Shown in pieces: positions 7,443 to 15,315 of a DNA stretch of 32,000 nt; position 1 is the stretch's first letter, and each line of letters starts with the position of its first letter. Below the pieces are notes generated by a model, which saw nothing but the letters and a program-made list of their open reading frames with translations, was not told the origin of the DNA and made no database searches. This DNA is from Cupriavidus necator (GTDB taxonomy: Bacteria; Pseudomonadota; Gammaproteobacteria; Burkholderiales; Burkholderiaceae): positions 3,240,001 through 3,272,000 of the forward strand of contig NZ_CP066018.1 of assembly GCF_016127575.1 (NCBI RefSeq). The letters are read 5' to 3'. The translations under genes and the position numbers were made by a program.

Positions 7443-8744
7443 GTGAGCCTGCAATTTTCCGAGCCCAACGTGTTGCTGCGGCGCATGTTCGATGCGGCGG
7501 TCGCAGCCGGCCAGCCGGCCAGGACCCTGGCGCGGCACCTGCCGCCGCCGCCGCGCGGACGCACCGTCGTCATTGGCGCGGGCAAGGCCTCGGCGGCGAT
7601 GGCGAGCGCGCTGGAAGCGGCATGGCCCGGGCCGCTTGAAGGCCTGGTGGTTACCCGCTACGGCTATGCGGTGCCGTGCTCGCGCATCGAGATCGTGGAG
7701 GCCGCTCACCCCGTGCCGGACGATGCCGGGCTGGCCGCTTCGCAGCGCATGCTGGCGATGGTGGCGGGCCTGGCCGAGGACGACCTGGTGATCTGCCTGG
7801 TCTCCGGCGGCGGATCGTCGCTGCTGCCGCTGCCGCTTGCCGGCATTACGCTCGACGACAAGCAGCGCGTCAATCGCGCGCTGCTGAAGTCCGGCGCCAC
7901 GATTTCGGAGATGAATTGCGTGCGCCGGCACCTGTCCGCCATCAAGGGCGGCCGGCTGGCAGCCGCATGCTATCCGGCGCGCGTGCTGAACCTGCTGGTT
8001 TCCGATGTGCCGGGCGATGACCCCATCGATATCGCCTCTGGCCCGACCGTGCCTGACCCGACCACGCGCGCCGATGCGCTGGCCATCGTCAAGCAGTATG
8101 CGATCGACCTTCCGCCCAATGTGATGGCAGTGCTGGCGTCCGACGCGGCCGAGACGCTCAAGTCCGGCGCCCCGCGCCTGCCGCGCATCCGCACCGAGTT
8201 CATCGCCACGCCCCGGCTGGCGCTGGAAGCGGCGGCGCAGGTGGGCCGCGACGCAGGCTTCGCCGTGCACGTGCTGGGCGACGCCATCGAAGGTGAGGCC
8301 CGCGATGTCGGCAAGGTCATGGGCGGTATCGCGCTGGCAGCCGCCAGGCATGGCCAGCTGTTTGCGGCACCGTGCGTGCTGCTGTCCGGCGGCGAGACCA
8401 CGGTCACAGTGCGGGGCGCGGGCAGGGGCGGCAGGAACGTGGAGTTACTGCTGTCGCTGTCGCTGACGCTGCGCGGCGAACCCGGCATTCATGCGATTGC
8501 GGGCGACACCGACGGCGTCGACGGCCAGGAAGAGATCGCGGGTGCCGTGATCGGCCCCGACACGCTGGAACGTGCCTGGCGCGCCGGACTGCGTCCGCAG
8601 GATGCGCTGGCCGCCAACGACGGCCATGGATTTTTCGAGGCGCTGGGGGATGCCGTCATCACCGGCCCCACGCTGACCAACGTCAACGACTTTCGCGCGA
8701 TCTTGCTGACGCGCGCCTCTGGAGCCTGCGGTGCTCTGCCATGA
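7443..8744 (+). CDS. ttuD: glycerate 2-kinase / hydroxypyruvate reductase-like protein (DUF4147 + MOFRL, TtuD type)
   Basis: LLRRMFDAAVAAGQP...VVIGAGKASAAMA...SGGGSSLL...LLSGGETTV...GGRNVE...TNVNDFRAILL is the MOFRL-family pattern. The likely start is GTG 7443, 17 nt after the ttuC stop; ATG 7485 is an alternative. Confidence 0.85.
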   Translation: MSLQFSEPNVLLRRMFDAAVAAGQPARTLARHLPPPPRGRTVVIGAGKASAAMASALEAAWPGPLEGLVVTRYGYAVPCSRIEIVEAAHPVPDDAGLAASQRMLAMVAGLAEDDLVICLVSGGGSSLLPLPLAGITLDDKQRVNRALLKSGATISEMNCVRRHLSAIKGGRLAAACYPARVLNLLVSDVPGDDPIDIASGPTVPDPTTRADALAIVKQYAIDLPPNVMAVLASDAAETLKSGAPRLPRIRTEFIATPRLALEAAAQVGRDAGFAVHVLGDAIEGEARDVGKVMGGIALAAARHGQLFAAPCVLLSGGETTVTVRGAGRGGRNVELLLSLSLTLRGEPGIHAIAGDTDGVDGQEEIAGAVIGPDTLERAWRAGLRPQDALAANDGHGFFEALGDAVITGPTLTNVNDFRAILLTRASGACGALP

Positions 8745-8900
8745 AGTGGTGGATGTGCTGGAGATGACCAACCTGGCCAGCCACACCGTGCTGAAGGAGC
8801 AGTTCGGCGTGGCCGGCAGCAGATCGTCATCTCGGCCGGCCTGCCGTTCACCGTGGCCGGCACCGCCAACCTGCTGCGCATCGCGCAGGTCCAGCAGGCA
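8743..8900 (+). pseudogene. pyruvate kinase (ttuE-like) C-terminal remnant, frameshifted
   Basis: Frame 1 reads EVVDVLEMTNLASHTVLKEQFGVAG up to about 8817. The sense continues one frame over from 8820 as QIVISAGLPFTVAGTANLLRIAQV. Together these match the end of the pyruvate kinase C-terminal domain (...GD.IVI.AG.PF...G.TN.LRI..V). No N-terminal approximately 400 codons are present. Confidence 0.7.
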
Positions 8901-8980
8901 GACATCAGGGGGCCAAGGCGCTATCAAGCACTAATCAGCCGAAGACCGGCTGCAAACATAGAACATTCAGGAGACAAAGC

Positions 8981-9967
8981 ATGCGTGGTACTGAACTCGT
9001 GCGTCGTATTTCCGGCGTGGCCGTGCTGGCAGCCGGCTTTATCCTCAGCGGCACTTGCCTGGCACAGGAATGGCCGGCCAAGCCGATCACCGTGGTGGTG
9101 CCGTTCCCGTCGGGCGGGACTACCGACGTGCTGGCCCGCGCGCTGGGCGACCAGTTGTCGAAGAGCCTGGGCCAGCCCGTGATCGTCGAGAACCGGCCCG
9201 GCGCCGGCGCCACCGTGGGCGCGGACTACGTCGCCAAGGGCAAGCCGGACGGCTACACCCTGCTGATGGGCGCGGTCCACCATACGATTGCCAGCAGCGT
9301 CTACAAGAAGCTGCCCTACAGCTTCCAGAAGGACCTGGCACCCATTGCCACGGTCGCCATGGTGCCCAACGTGCTGGTCATCAATGCCGCCAAGACGCCG
9401 GCGAAGGACGTCAGCGAACTGGTGGCCCTGGCGAAGAAGGCAGCGCCGGAGTTTGCCTATGGCTCCAATGGCAACGGCACCGCGCAGCACCTGATCGGCA
9501 CCCAGTTCCAGGCCGCCACGGGTGCGCCGCTGCTGCACGTGCCCTACAAGGGCAGTGGCCCGCTGACCACCGATCTGCTCGGCGGACAGGTGACGATGTC
9601 GTTCGATACCCTGACGCCGGTGCTGCAGCACATCAAGTCGGGCAAGCTGCGCGCCCTGGCCGTGACCACCGCGCGGCGCTCCAGCGTCCTGCCTGATGTG
9701 CCGACGCTGGAAGAGGCGGGGCTGAAGGGCTTCGATATCGGCACCTGGTTCGGCGTGCTGGCGCCGGCCGCCACGCCAGCGCCCATCGTCACCCGGCTGA
9801 ACGCCGAGATCGTCAAGATCGTGAAATCGCCGGACTTCCAGCAGCGCATGGTGGCGGTCGGGGCCGAGCCGATGGCGAGCACGCCGCAGGAGTTTGCCAA
9901 GCGGATCCAGGACGAGACGGTCAAGTTCGCCAGGCTGGTGAAGGACGGGAAGGTGACGATCGAGTAG
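8981..9967 (+). CDS. Bug-family (TctC-like) tripartite tricarboxylate transporter substrate-binding protein
   Basis: AGGAGA lies upstream of the start and a signal peptide is present. The sequence QEWPAKPITVVVPFPSGGTTDVLARALG...VENRPGAGATVG...KPDGYTLL is the canonical Bug signature. Confidence 0.93.
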   Translation: MRGTELVRRISGVAVLAAGFILSGTCLAQEWPAKPITVVVPFPSGGTTDVLARALGDQLSKSLGQPVIVENRPGAGATVGADYVAKGKPDGYTLLMGAVHHTIASSVYKKLPYSFQKDLAPIATVAMVPNVLVINAAKTPAKDVSELVALAKKAAPEFAYGSNGNGTAQHLIGTQFQAATGAPLLHVPYKGSGPLTTDLLGGQVTMSFDTLTPVLQHIKSGKLRALAVTTARRSSVLPDVPTLEEAGLKGFDIGTWFGVLAPAATPAPIVTRLNAEIVKIVKSPDFQQRMVAVGAEPMASTPQEFAKRIQDETVKFARLVKDGKVTIE

Positions 9968-10074
9968 GCGACCCGCCGTCACTCGGTTGCTTGCCTTCTC
10001 GCCTATATTGAACTCTGCCCGGCATCGCCTTATGCGTTGCACGGGCGGACTGCGGGTAACGGAGGGAGGGCGCC

Positions 10075-11178
10075 ATGAAGATCGCGAGCATCGAAGCCAT
10101 CGTCCTGCGCATTCCGTTCACGGTGGGCGGCGTCTCCGCCGCGGGCGTCTGGGGCGGCGCCGGGATGCAGGCCGCCGACTCGCTGCTGCTCAAGGTGACG
10201 ACCGACGATGGGCTGGTTGGCTGGGGCGAGACCTTCGGCTTCGTGGGGATTCCGGCGGTCAAGGCGGCCATCGAACAGATGCTGGCGCCGGCCTGCCTCG
10301 GCCGGGACGCAACCCGGATCGATGCCATCGGCCTGGACCTGCAACGCAGGTTCCATGTCTTCGGGCGCAGCGGGGCCATCTTCTACGGGCTGTCCGCGCT
10401 CGATATCGCCCTGTGGGACCTTTGCGGCAAAGCGGCCGGGCTGCCTGTTCACCAACTGCTCGGCGGCGCGCGCCGGGACCGCCTGCCTGCCTATGCCAGC
10501 CTGATCCGGTATGCCGATCCCGAAACGATGGCGGTCAATGTCAGCCGCGCCATCGCCGATGGCTACCGGAGCCTGAAGCTGCACGAGGTCGACCTCGCGG
10601 TCATCCGCGCCGCCCGCAAAGCAGCGGGCCCGGACATCGAGATCACGCTGGATACGAACTGCCCGTGGCCGCTCCATGAGGCCATCGACATGGCGCGCGC
10701 GCTGGAACCCTTGTCGCTACGGTGGCTGGAAGAGCCCCTGTGGCCGCCGGAGAACTATGCCGGACTGGCCGCCCTGCGCCAGCAGTGCGCCATCCCGGTC
10801 GCCGCCGGCGAGAATGCCACCACGCTGATGGAGTTCCAGCACCTGCTCAGCGTGGGCGCCGTCGATGTGGTGCAACCCAGCCCGGCCAAGATGGGTGGCA
10901 TCAGCGCCTTGCGCAACGTCTTTGCGCTGGCCGAGGCGCACAACACGCAAGTGATGGTCCATACCTTCTACGACGGCCCGGGGCTGCTGGCCAGCATGCA
11001 TGCCACGGCAGCGCTGGGGGATGCCGCGGCCATGATCGAATGGCGCTACTTCGACATGGAGGCGCAGGTGCTTGGCGATGCCGTGGTGCCGCGCGATGGC
11101 ATGATCGCGGTACCCGCTGGCCCGGGCCTGGGCATCGACCCGGATCCGGAGGTCATTCGGCGATATCGCGTTGCGTGA
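10075..11178 (+). CDS. mandelate racemase/muconate lactonizing enzyme family protein (enolase superfamily, probable acid-sugar dehydratase)
   Basis: GGAGGGAGG lies upstream. The N-terminal capping domain reads LLLKVTTDDGLVGWGETFG. The metal-ligand context (LDTNC, WLEEP, AAGEN) and VHTF are typical of the family. Confidence 0.9.
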   Translation: MKIASIEAIVLRIPFTVGGVSAAGVWGGAGMQAADSLLLKVTTDDGLVGWGETFGFVGIPAVKAAIEQMLAPACLGRDATRIDAIGLDLQRRFHVFGRSGAIFYGLSALDIALWDLCGKAAGLPVHQLLGGARRDRLPAYASLIRYADPETMAVNVSRAIADGYRSLKLHEVDLAVIRAARKAAGPDIEITLDTNCPWPLHEAIDMARALEPLSLRWLEEPLWPPENYAGLAALRQQCAIPVAAGENATTLMEFQHLLSVGAVDVVQPSPAKMGGISALRNVFALAEAHNTQVMVHTFYDGPGLLASMHATAALGDAAAMIEWRYFDMEAQVLGDAVVPRDGMIAVPAGPGLGIDPDPEVIRRYRVA

Positions 11179-11192
11179 GCATTATCCCGGCA

Positions 11193-12062
11193 TCAGAAAT
11201 CCACCTTCTCCCCCGGCTGCGGCACGATCACGCCTGCCGCGGCGCCAGCGCCCAGCGCCGCCTTGAACGCTTCCGGTGTCCCGCTCAACTGCGGCGAGGT
11301 CTGATAGTGGATCGGGATCGCAAAGCGCGGCCGGATCAGGTCGCGCACCGCGATGGCGGCTTCCTGCGGTCCCATGGTGAAATGGCCGCCAATGGGGATC
11401 AGCACGAGATCGGGTTTGTAGACCTCCCCGATCAGCCGCATGTCACCGAACAGTCCCGTATCGCCCATGTGCCAGATCTTGAAGCCGTTCTCCAGCTCGA
11501 TGATGTAGCCGACGGGCTCACCGCCGTAGTGGGTTTCGTCCTTGCCGGTGGCGGGGTTCTTCAGCGCCAGTTCCGACGAGTGTTCGGCATGCACTGCGGT
11601 GATTCTGGGGCCGGTCGGGCCAAAGGGCATGACCGTGCCGCTCTTGCCGAAGCGCTGCGCCTGCGCGGCCGGGACCATGCCCAGGCTGACCAGGGCCTGG
11701 CCCAGGCCGCCGCCGTTGTAGATCGGCGCGTTGGTCAGCCTGGCCAGGGCGGGGGCATCGCCCAGGTGGTCGCTGTGGGCGTGCGTGACCAGAATCAGGT
11801 CGACCTTGCCCAGCGCCGAGAGCTGCTTGAAGCCTGGCGGCGTCTTGGGATTGGTGGTGAGCCATGGGTCGACCACGATGACCTTGCCGCCGGGCGTGGT
11901 GATGCGCGTGGCGGCCTGGCCCAGCCACAGCACTTCGGCCTTGCCGGCGGTGGGCTGGCCGGCCGGCATCGGGCGCCGGGCCTCCGCTGGCGGCGTGGGC
12001 GCCGCGCAGGCGCCGAGCAGGGCGATGACGGTGGCGAGGAGAACGGCGCGCAGTCTGGTCAT
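11193..12062 (-). CDS. MBL-fold metal-dependent hydrolase, predicted lipoprotein
   Basis: MTRLRAVLLATVIALLGAC is a signal peptide with a lipobox. HAHSDHLGD is the HxHxDH motif. The ORF start at 12095 gives a non-signal extension, so ATG 12062 is preferred. Confidence 0.85.
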   Translation of the reverse strand: MTRLRAVLLATVIALLGACAAPTPPAEARRPMPAGQPTAGKAEVLWLGQAATRITTPGGKVIVVDPWLTTNPKTPPGFKQLSALGKVDLILVTHAHSDHLGDAPALARLTNAPIYNGGGLGQALVSLGMVPAAQAQRFGKSGTVMPFGPTGPRITAVHAEHSSELALKNPATGKDETHYGGEPVGYIIELENGFKIWHMGDTGLFGDMRLIGEVYKPDLVLIPIGGHFTMGPQEAAIAVRDLIRPRFAIPIHYQTSPQLSGTPEAFKAALGAGAAAGVIVPQPGEKVDF

Positions 12063-12104
12063 GGTCTTTCTTCCCTGGATGAATTGGCCTGGCAACTTGC
12101 AGTA

Positions 12105-13655
12105 CTAGCGGACAAACATGCCCAATCCTTCGTGGTCGTAATACTCCAGCCACACGCGGTCGCTGGAGAACGCCGCTTGCGAGATCGTGCCCGGCGTCGC
12201 GTTCTCGTTATTGAGCGTGAAGGTAAAGACGTCGCCGTCCCAGTGGCTCAGCGGCAAGGTGAGAGGGGTGGCGCCCAGCGTCATCACCAGCGTGCCGCCC
12301 TGGTCGGCCACCTGCAGCGGACCGTAGTAGTCGTTCTGGTAGATGCCGGTGTAAGCCGAGAGTGCGCGCGCCGGCAGCGGGTTGGCCGGGGGTGCCTGGC
12401 CGACCAGCCGGCCTTCCGGTGCCAGCAGCGGCGCAAGCGCATCGCCATAGATCTTGCCCCAGTCGCGCCGGATGGCGCCGTACTGCACGAGATCGAAGAA
12501 TTGTGCGTTCAGGGTTTCCGGGACGCCGATGGGATAGCCGTTGGTCAACGTGACGATGGCCAGGTTCAGCGACGGCACCGCGGTAAGGTTGGTGGCCGCG
12601 CCCACCGCGAACGCGCCGGAGTGGTTATAGGAGGCCAGCCCGAGTTCGGTCGTGCCGACATTGAAGCCATAGCCGTAGTAGCCGGCCGGCCGTCCGCTGA
12701 CGGGCGGGCTGCTTTGCATCTGCTGGCTCAGCGCGGGTGCCAGCGCGGCGGCGTCGACGATGCGCTGGCCTGCGAACTCGCCTTTGGCGAGCAGCATCGC
12801 CAGCCATTTCGCGATGTCGTTGACGGATGAGCTGACGCCCCCGGCGGGCGACTGCGCATCCGGCATCGTGCCCATGCCTTGCACCCAGGCGCCGTTGATC
12901 CTGACATGGCCGAGGGCGCGGTTGTCGCGCGCGGCAAAGTCGGCGTAGCGCGAACTGGTGCGCGCCATGCCCAGCGGTTGGTAGATGGCCTGCTCGGACA
13001 GCGTGGCCCAGTCGATGCCGGCCGCGGTGGCCACGGCCTCGGCGGCGGCGGTCATGCCAAAGTTGGTGTACGCATAGACCGCCCGGAACGGATGCAGCGG
13101 CAGGTAGCGCAGGCGCGTCAGCACCTGCTGGCGGTCGAAGCCCATGTCTTCAAGCCGGTCGCCGGCGTGGTCGGGCAGGCCGGAGCGATGGGCGTAGAGA
13201 TCGCCAATGGTGACGGCTTCCGTGACTTCCGCTTCCGCGAGCGCGAACCACGGCAGGTGCGCGCGCACCGGCGTATCCCAACTGATGCCGCCGCGGCCGA
13301 CCTGCCGGGCCACCACGGTTGCCCCGATGGGCTTTGACACCGACGCAAGCTGGAACACAGTGTCGGCATCGACCGGCGCGGGGTCGGTTACCAGCCTGCG
13401 GCCAAAGCCTTTGGCGTAAACGGTTTGATTGCCGCGCACCACGGCGACGGCCATGCCCGGCACGCCGGAACTGGCCATCAGGTCAGCGGCCAGCTTGTCG
13501 ATCTGGGCGATGGCCTGGGTGATCTGGGATTCGGGAACCGGACCGGGCGGCCTGGGCGGATCGTCGTCATCCCCACCGCAGGCGGGCAGGGCAGGGACCA
13601 GCAGGCCGCCCAGCGCGGCTCCCAGGAAACGGCGACGCTCTTGCAGTTTGCCCAC
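12105..13655 (-). CDS. serine hydrolase of the class C beta-lactamase/PBP family with a C-terminal DUF3471-like domain; Tat signal plus lipobox
   Basis: GTG 13655 follows GGAGAA. The N-terminus has QERRRFLGAALGGLLVPALPAC (twin-arginine motif, then LPAC). S-x-x-K is SVSK, Y-x-N is YTN and HSG is present. The C-terminal approximately 130 aa reads YTGIYQNDYYGPLQV... Confidence 0.88.
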   Translation of the reverse strand: MGKLQERRRFLGAALGGLLVPALPACGGDDDDPPRPPGPVPESQITQAIAQIDKLAADLMASSGVPGMAVAVVRGNQTVYAKGFGRRLVTDPAPVDADTVFQLASVSKPIGATVVARQVGRGGISWDTPVRAHLPWFALAEAEVTEAVTIGDLYAHRSGLPDHAGDRLEDMGFDRQQVLTRLRYLPLHPFRAVYAYTNFGMTAAAEAVATAAGIDWATLSEQAIYQPLGMARTSSRYADFAARDNRALGHVRINGAWVQGMGTMPDAQSPAGGVSSSVNDIAKWLAMLLAKGEFAGQRIVDAAALAPALSQQMQSSPPVSGRPAGYYGYGFNVGTTELGLASYNHSGAFAVGAATNLTAVPSLNLAIVTLTNGYPIGVPETLNAQFFDLVQYGAIRRDWGKIYGDALAPLLAPEGRLVGQAPPANPLPARALSAYTGIYQNDYYGPLQVADQGGTLVMTLGATPLTLPLSHWDGDVFTFTLNNENATPGTISQAAFSSDRVWLEYYDHEGLGMFVR

Positions 13656-14032
13656 GGTGGTTCTCCGCAGTTCTTAGGTCAGGCGGGTCGGCCGCGCCCT
13701 TGGATAGGAATACTGTAGGCGATGGGGGCGGGGAGTGGCGAATGCGAAACGTCTTATCGCCGCACGATGGCGGGGGCGAGAAACTGCAGGCCTCACCGAA
13801 GGGTTCGGTGAGCGGGGGTGACAACCCGAAAGAACCTCGGCAGATTCGATCTCATTCAATCAAGAGTCGCGCGGGCAACCATGTTTCCATGGCGGGCCGG
13901 GCGGGGCAGCTGCAAGGCTGGCCGGGTCTTCTTCTGCTGAGGTTCCCCGGTATGTCACCCCCGTTGTCAGGCCCGCCACCTTCTTCTCGTCTGGGCAGGC
14001 GGGCTCTCTCTGGCTAGTAGGAGATAAGCGCG

Positions 14033-14251
14033 ATGCAAATGTCTACCCATCACCCTTCAGGACCCCGGCATATCGTGCCGGCCGGCACGATCGAGTCCTT
14101 TGAGCAAATCAGCGCCGGGCTGAGTGCCATCCTGTTGCTGGTTGAAATCGAGAGCGAGCGTTCGGAGGGTTGCCACAACGTGTATTCGCTGCTGGCAATG
14201 GTGAAGGCGCAGCTGGACCAGACGGCGGCAAAGCTGTGCGCGGATGAATGA
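14033..14251 (+). CDS. hypothetical small protein (72 aa)
   Basis: AGGAGA lies 8 nt upstream of the ATG. GC3 is high through most of the ORF (hand count about three quarters). A strong terminator follows immediately. I did not recognise a family with confidence. Confidence 0.55.
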   Translation: MQMSTHHPSGPRHIVPAGTIESFEQISAGLSAILLLVEIESERSEGCHNVYSLLAMVKAQLDQTAAKLCADE

Positions 14252-14266
14252 CGAGTCCGTCGCGGC

Positions 14267-14303
14267 AAAACAAAAAGCCCGCACGTTCGTGCGGGCTTTT
14301 CGC
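14267..14303. terminator. bidirectional intrinsic terminator (serves the small ORF on + and tRNA-Leu copy 1 on -)
   Basis: AGCCCGCAC (14276-14284) pairs with GTGCGGGCT (14289-14297) around loop GTTC. An A-rich run lies upstream and a T-run downstream. Confidence 0.8.
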
Positions 14304-14313
14304 TTTGAAACCT

Positions 14314-14400
14314 TGGTGCCCAGGAGAGGACTCGAACCTCCACAGTGTTGCCACCGCTAGGACCTGAACCTAGTGCGTCTACCAATTCCGCCACCTGGGC
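14314..14400 (-). tRNA. tRNA-Leu (anticodon CAG), 87 nt, CCA encoded
   Basis: The reverse complement GCCCAGGTGGCGGAATTGGTAGACGCACTAGGTTCAGGTCCTAGCGGTGGCAACACTGTGGAGGTTCGAGTCCTCTCCTGGGCACCA folds by hand into a cloverleaf. Acceptor stem is GCCCAGG/CCTGGGC and the anticodon stem CTAGG/CCTAG closes loop TTCAGGT. It has a long variable arm and a GGTTCGAGTCC T-arm. Confidence 0.97.
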
Positions 14401-14414
14401 AAGGTGAGCGCCGG

Positions 14415-14442
14415 ATTTTACAGCGCGCTGCGGATTTTGCAA
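14415..14442 (-). promoter_or_regulatory. sigma70-type promoter of tRNA-Leu copy 1
   Basis: The minus strand reads TTGCAA (14442-14437), a 16-nt spacer, then TAAAAT (14420-15). The -10 ends 14 nt before the mature tRNA 5' end. Confidence 0.6.
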
Positions 14443-14503
14443 GTCCCTCGGCCGGCTTTGGCGCAAGAAATCCGGTTGAGCTGCGGTGGGCCGCTGCTGC
14501 TGG

Positions 14504-14752
14504 TCAATCGGTGGACACGTCAGCGTCGGAAGTGAGGATGTCAAACAGCGCCTTGGCCGCAGGCTGCAACGCCCGGTCGCGACGGCGTATCAGCGCCAGG
14601 ACAAGGTCCGCGGCAGGCTCGGTCAGCGCGATGGCGCACATGCGGGGATGATCGCGTGGCAGTGCCAGGCCCGGCAGCACGGCCATGCCGAGGCGGGCTT
14701 CCACCAGCGCCAGCACGCCAACCACGTGGTTGGCTTCCCCAGCCGGCTGGCA
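14504..14752 (-). pseudogene. LysR-family regulator, C-terminal fragment only
   Basis: EANHVVGVLALVEARLGMAVLPGLALPRDHPRMCAIALTEPAADLVLALIRRRDRALQPAAKALFDIL matches the last part of a LysR effector domain. There is no HTH or N-terminal half, and upstream sense is lost at about 14755. Confidence 0.7.
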
Positions 14753-14755
14753 CGC

Positions 14756-15040
14756 GGCGAGACCTTCGATGTGGTGATCCTGGCGGACTCGGGTCTCGAC
14801 AAGCTGATATCGGAGGGCAAGGTGGCAGCGGGCAGCCGGGTGCCAGCCGAACTGCAGCAGCACGTCTTCTTCTCCGCCGGGATGGTGGCGGGCCACCAGA
14901 GCGCGGCGGCTTCGCGGTTTGTTCGGTTCCTGGCGTCCCCGGCGGCAGCCACGATCGTGCGAACGACCGGACTGGAGCCGGTTGCCACGCCGCTGCCGCC
15001 GCCGGCTCCGCCGGTTCTGGGGCAGCCGGAACAACGCTGA
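14756..15040 (+). pseudogene. periplasmic substrate-binding protein (ModA-like PBP) fragments with an internal deletion
   Basis: GETFDVVILADSGLDKLISEGKVAAGSRV joins directly to AELQQHVFFSAGMVAGHQSAAASRFVRFLASPAAATIVRTTGLEPV. These are, respectively, an early and the terminal segment of this protein type. There is no signal peptide, start codon or middle domain. Confidence 0.6.
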
Positions 15041-15067
15041 ACCGCTTCAATATCCGTTGGCGGCCGC

Positions 15068-15106
15068 AAAAAACAAAAAGCCCGCACTTTTGTGCGGGCT
15101 TTCTGC
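15068..15106 (-). terminator. intrinsic terminator of tRNA-Leu copy 2
   Basis: AGCCCGCAC (15079-15087) pairs with GTGCGGGCT (15092-15100) around loop TTTT. On the minus strand it is followed by TTTTTGTTTTTT. It is paralogous to the 14267-14303 terminator. Confidence 0.8.
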
Positions 15107-15115
15107 TTGAATCTC

Positions 15116-15202
15116 TGGTGCCCAGGAGAGGACTCGAACCTCCACAGTGTTGCCACCGCTAGGACCTGAACCTAGTGCGTCTACCAATTCCGCCACCTGG
15201 GC
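15116..15202 (-). tRNA. tRNA-Leu (anticodon CAG), second copy, identical to 14314-14400
   Basis: The 87-nt sequence matches copy 1 base for base, plus 10 identical nt upstream (AAGGTGAGCG on the plus strand). Confidence 0.97.
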
Positions 15203-15216
15203 AAGGTGAGCGGCGC

Positions 15217-15244
15217 ATTTTACCGAAGGTTCACAAATTTGCAA
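15217..15244 (-). promoter_or_regulatory. sigma70-type promoter of tRNA-Leu copy 2
   Basis: It has the same architecture as copy 1: TTGCAA (15244-15239), a 16-nt spacer, then TAAAAT (15222-15217). The spacer sequence differs from copy 1. Confidence 0.6.
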
Positions 15245-15315
15245 GCACCTCCGGCGGGCACACGCAGCATCGCTGGCCGGACTGCGTTACGGCGATCCGG
15301 ATGTGCCACGGGCAA

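Noticed and set aside
6299-10042. Long minus-strand ORFs 6299..7585, 7359..8351 and 8924..10042
   Set aside because: They are antisense shadows of ttuC, ttuD and the Bug gene respectively. The translations are low-complexity (R, G, A, H, Q rich). The sense-strand genes have strong motifs and SD sequences.
10722-12830. 702-aa plus-strand ORF, the longest in the track
   Set aside because: It runs out of frame through the end of the enolase-superfamily gene, then antisense across the MBL hydrolase and part of the serine hydrolase genes. All three of those have clear family motifs. Its translation is Arg/Gly/Ala/Pro-rich with no recognisable domain. This is a typical shadow ORF of a high-GC genome.
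13758-13776. Hairpin with an ACGA-containing loop (CGCCGCACGATGGCGG), considered as a guanidine-II (mini-ykkC) element
   Set aside because: The loop is not closed in the way the ACGR tetraloop motif requires. There is no second tandem hairpin, and no guanidine-related gene lies downstream.
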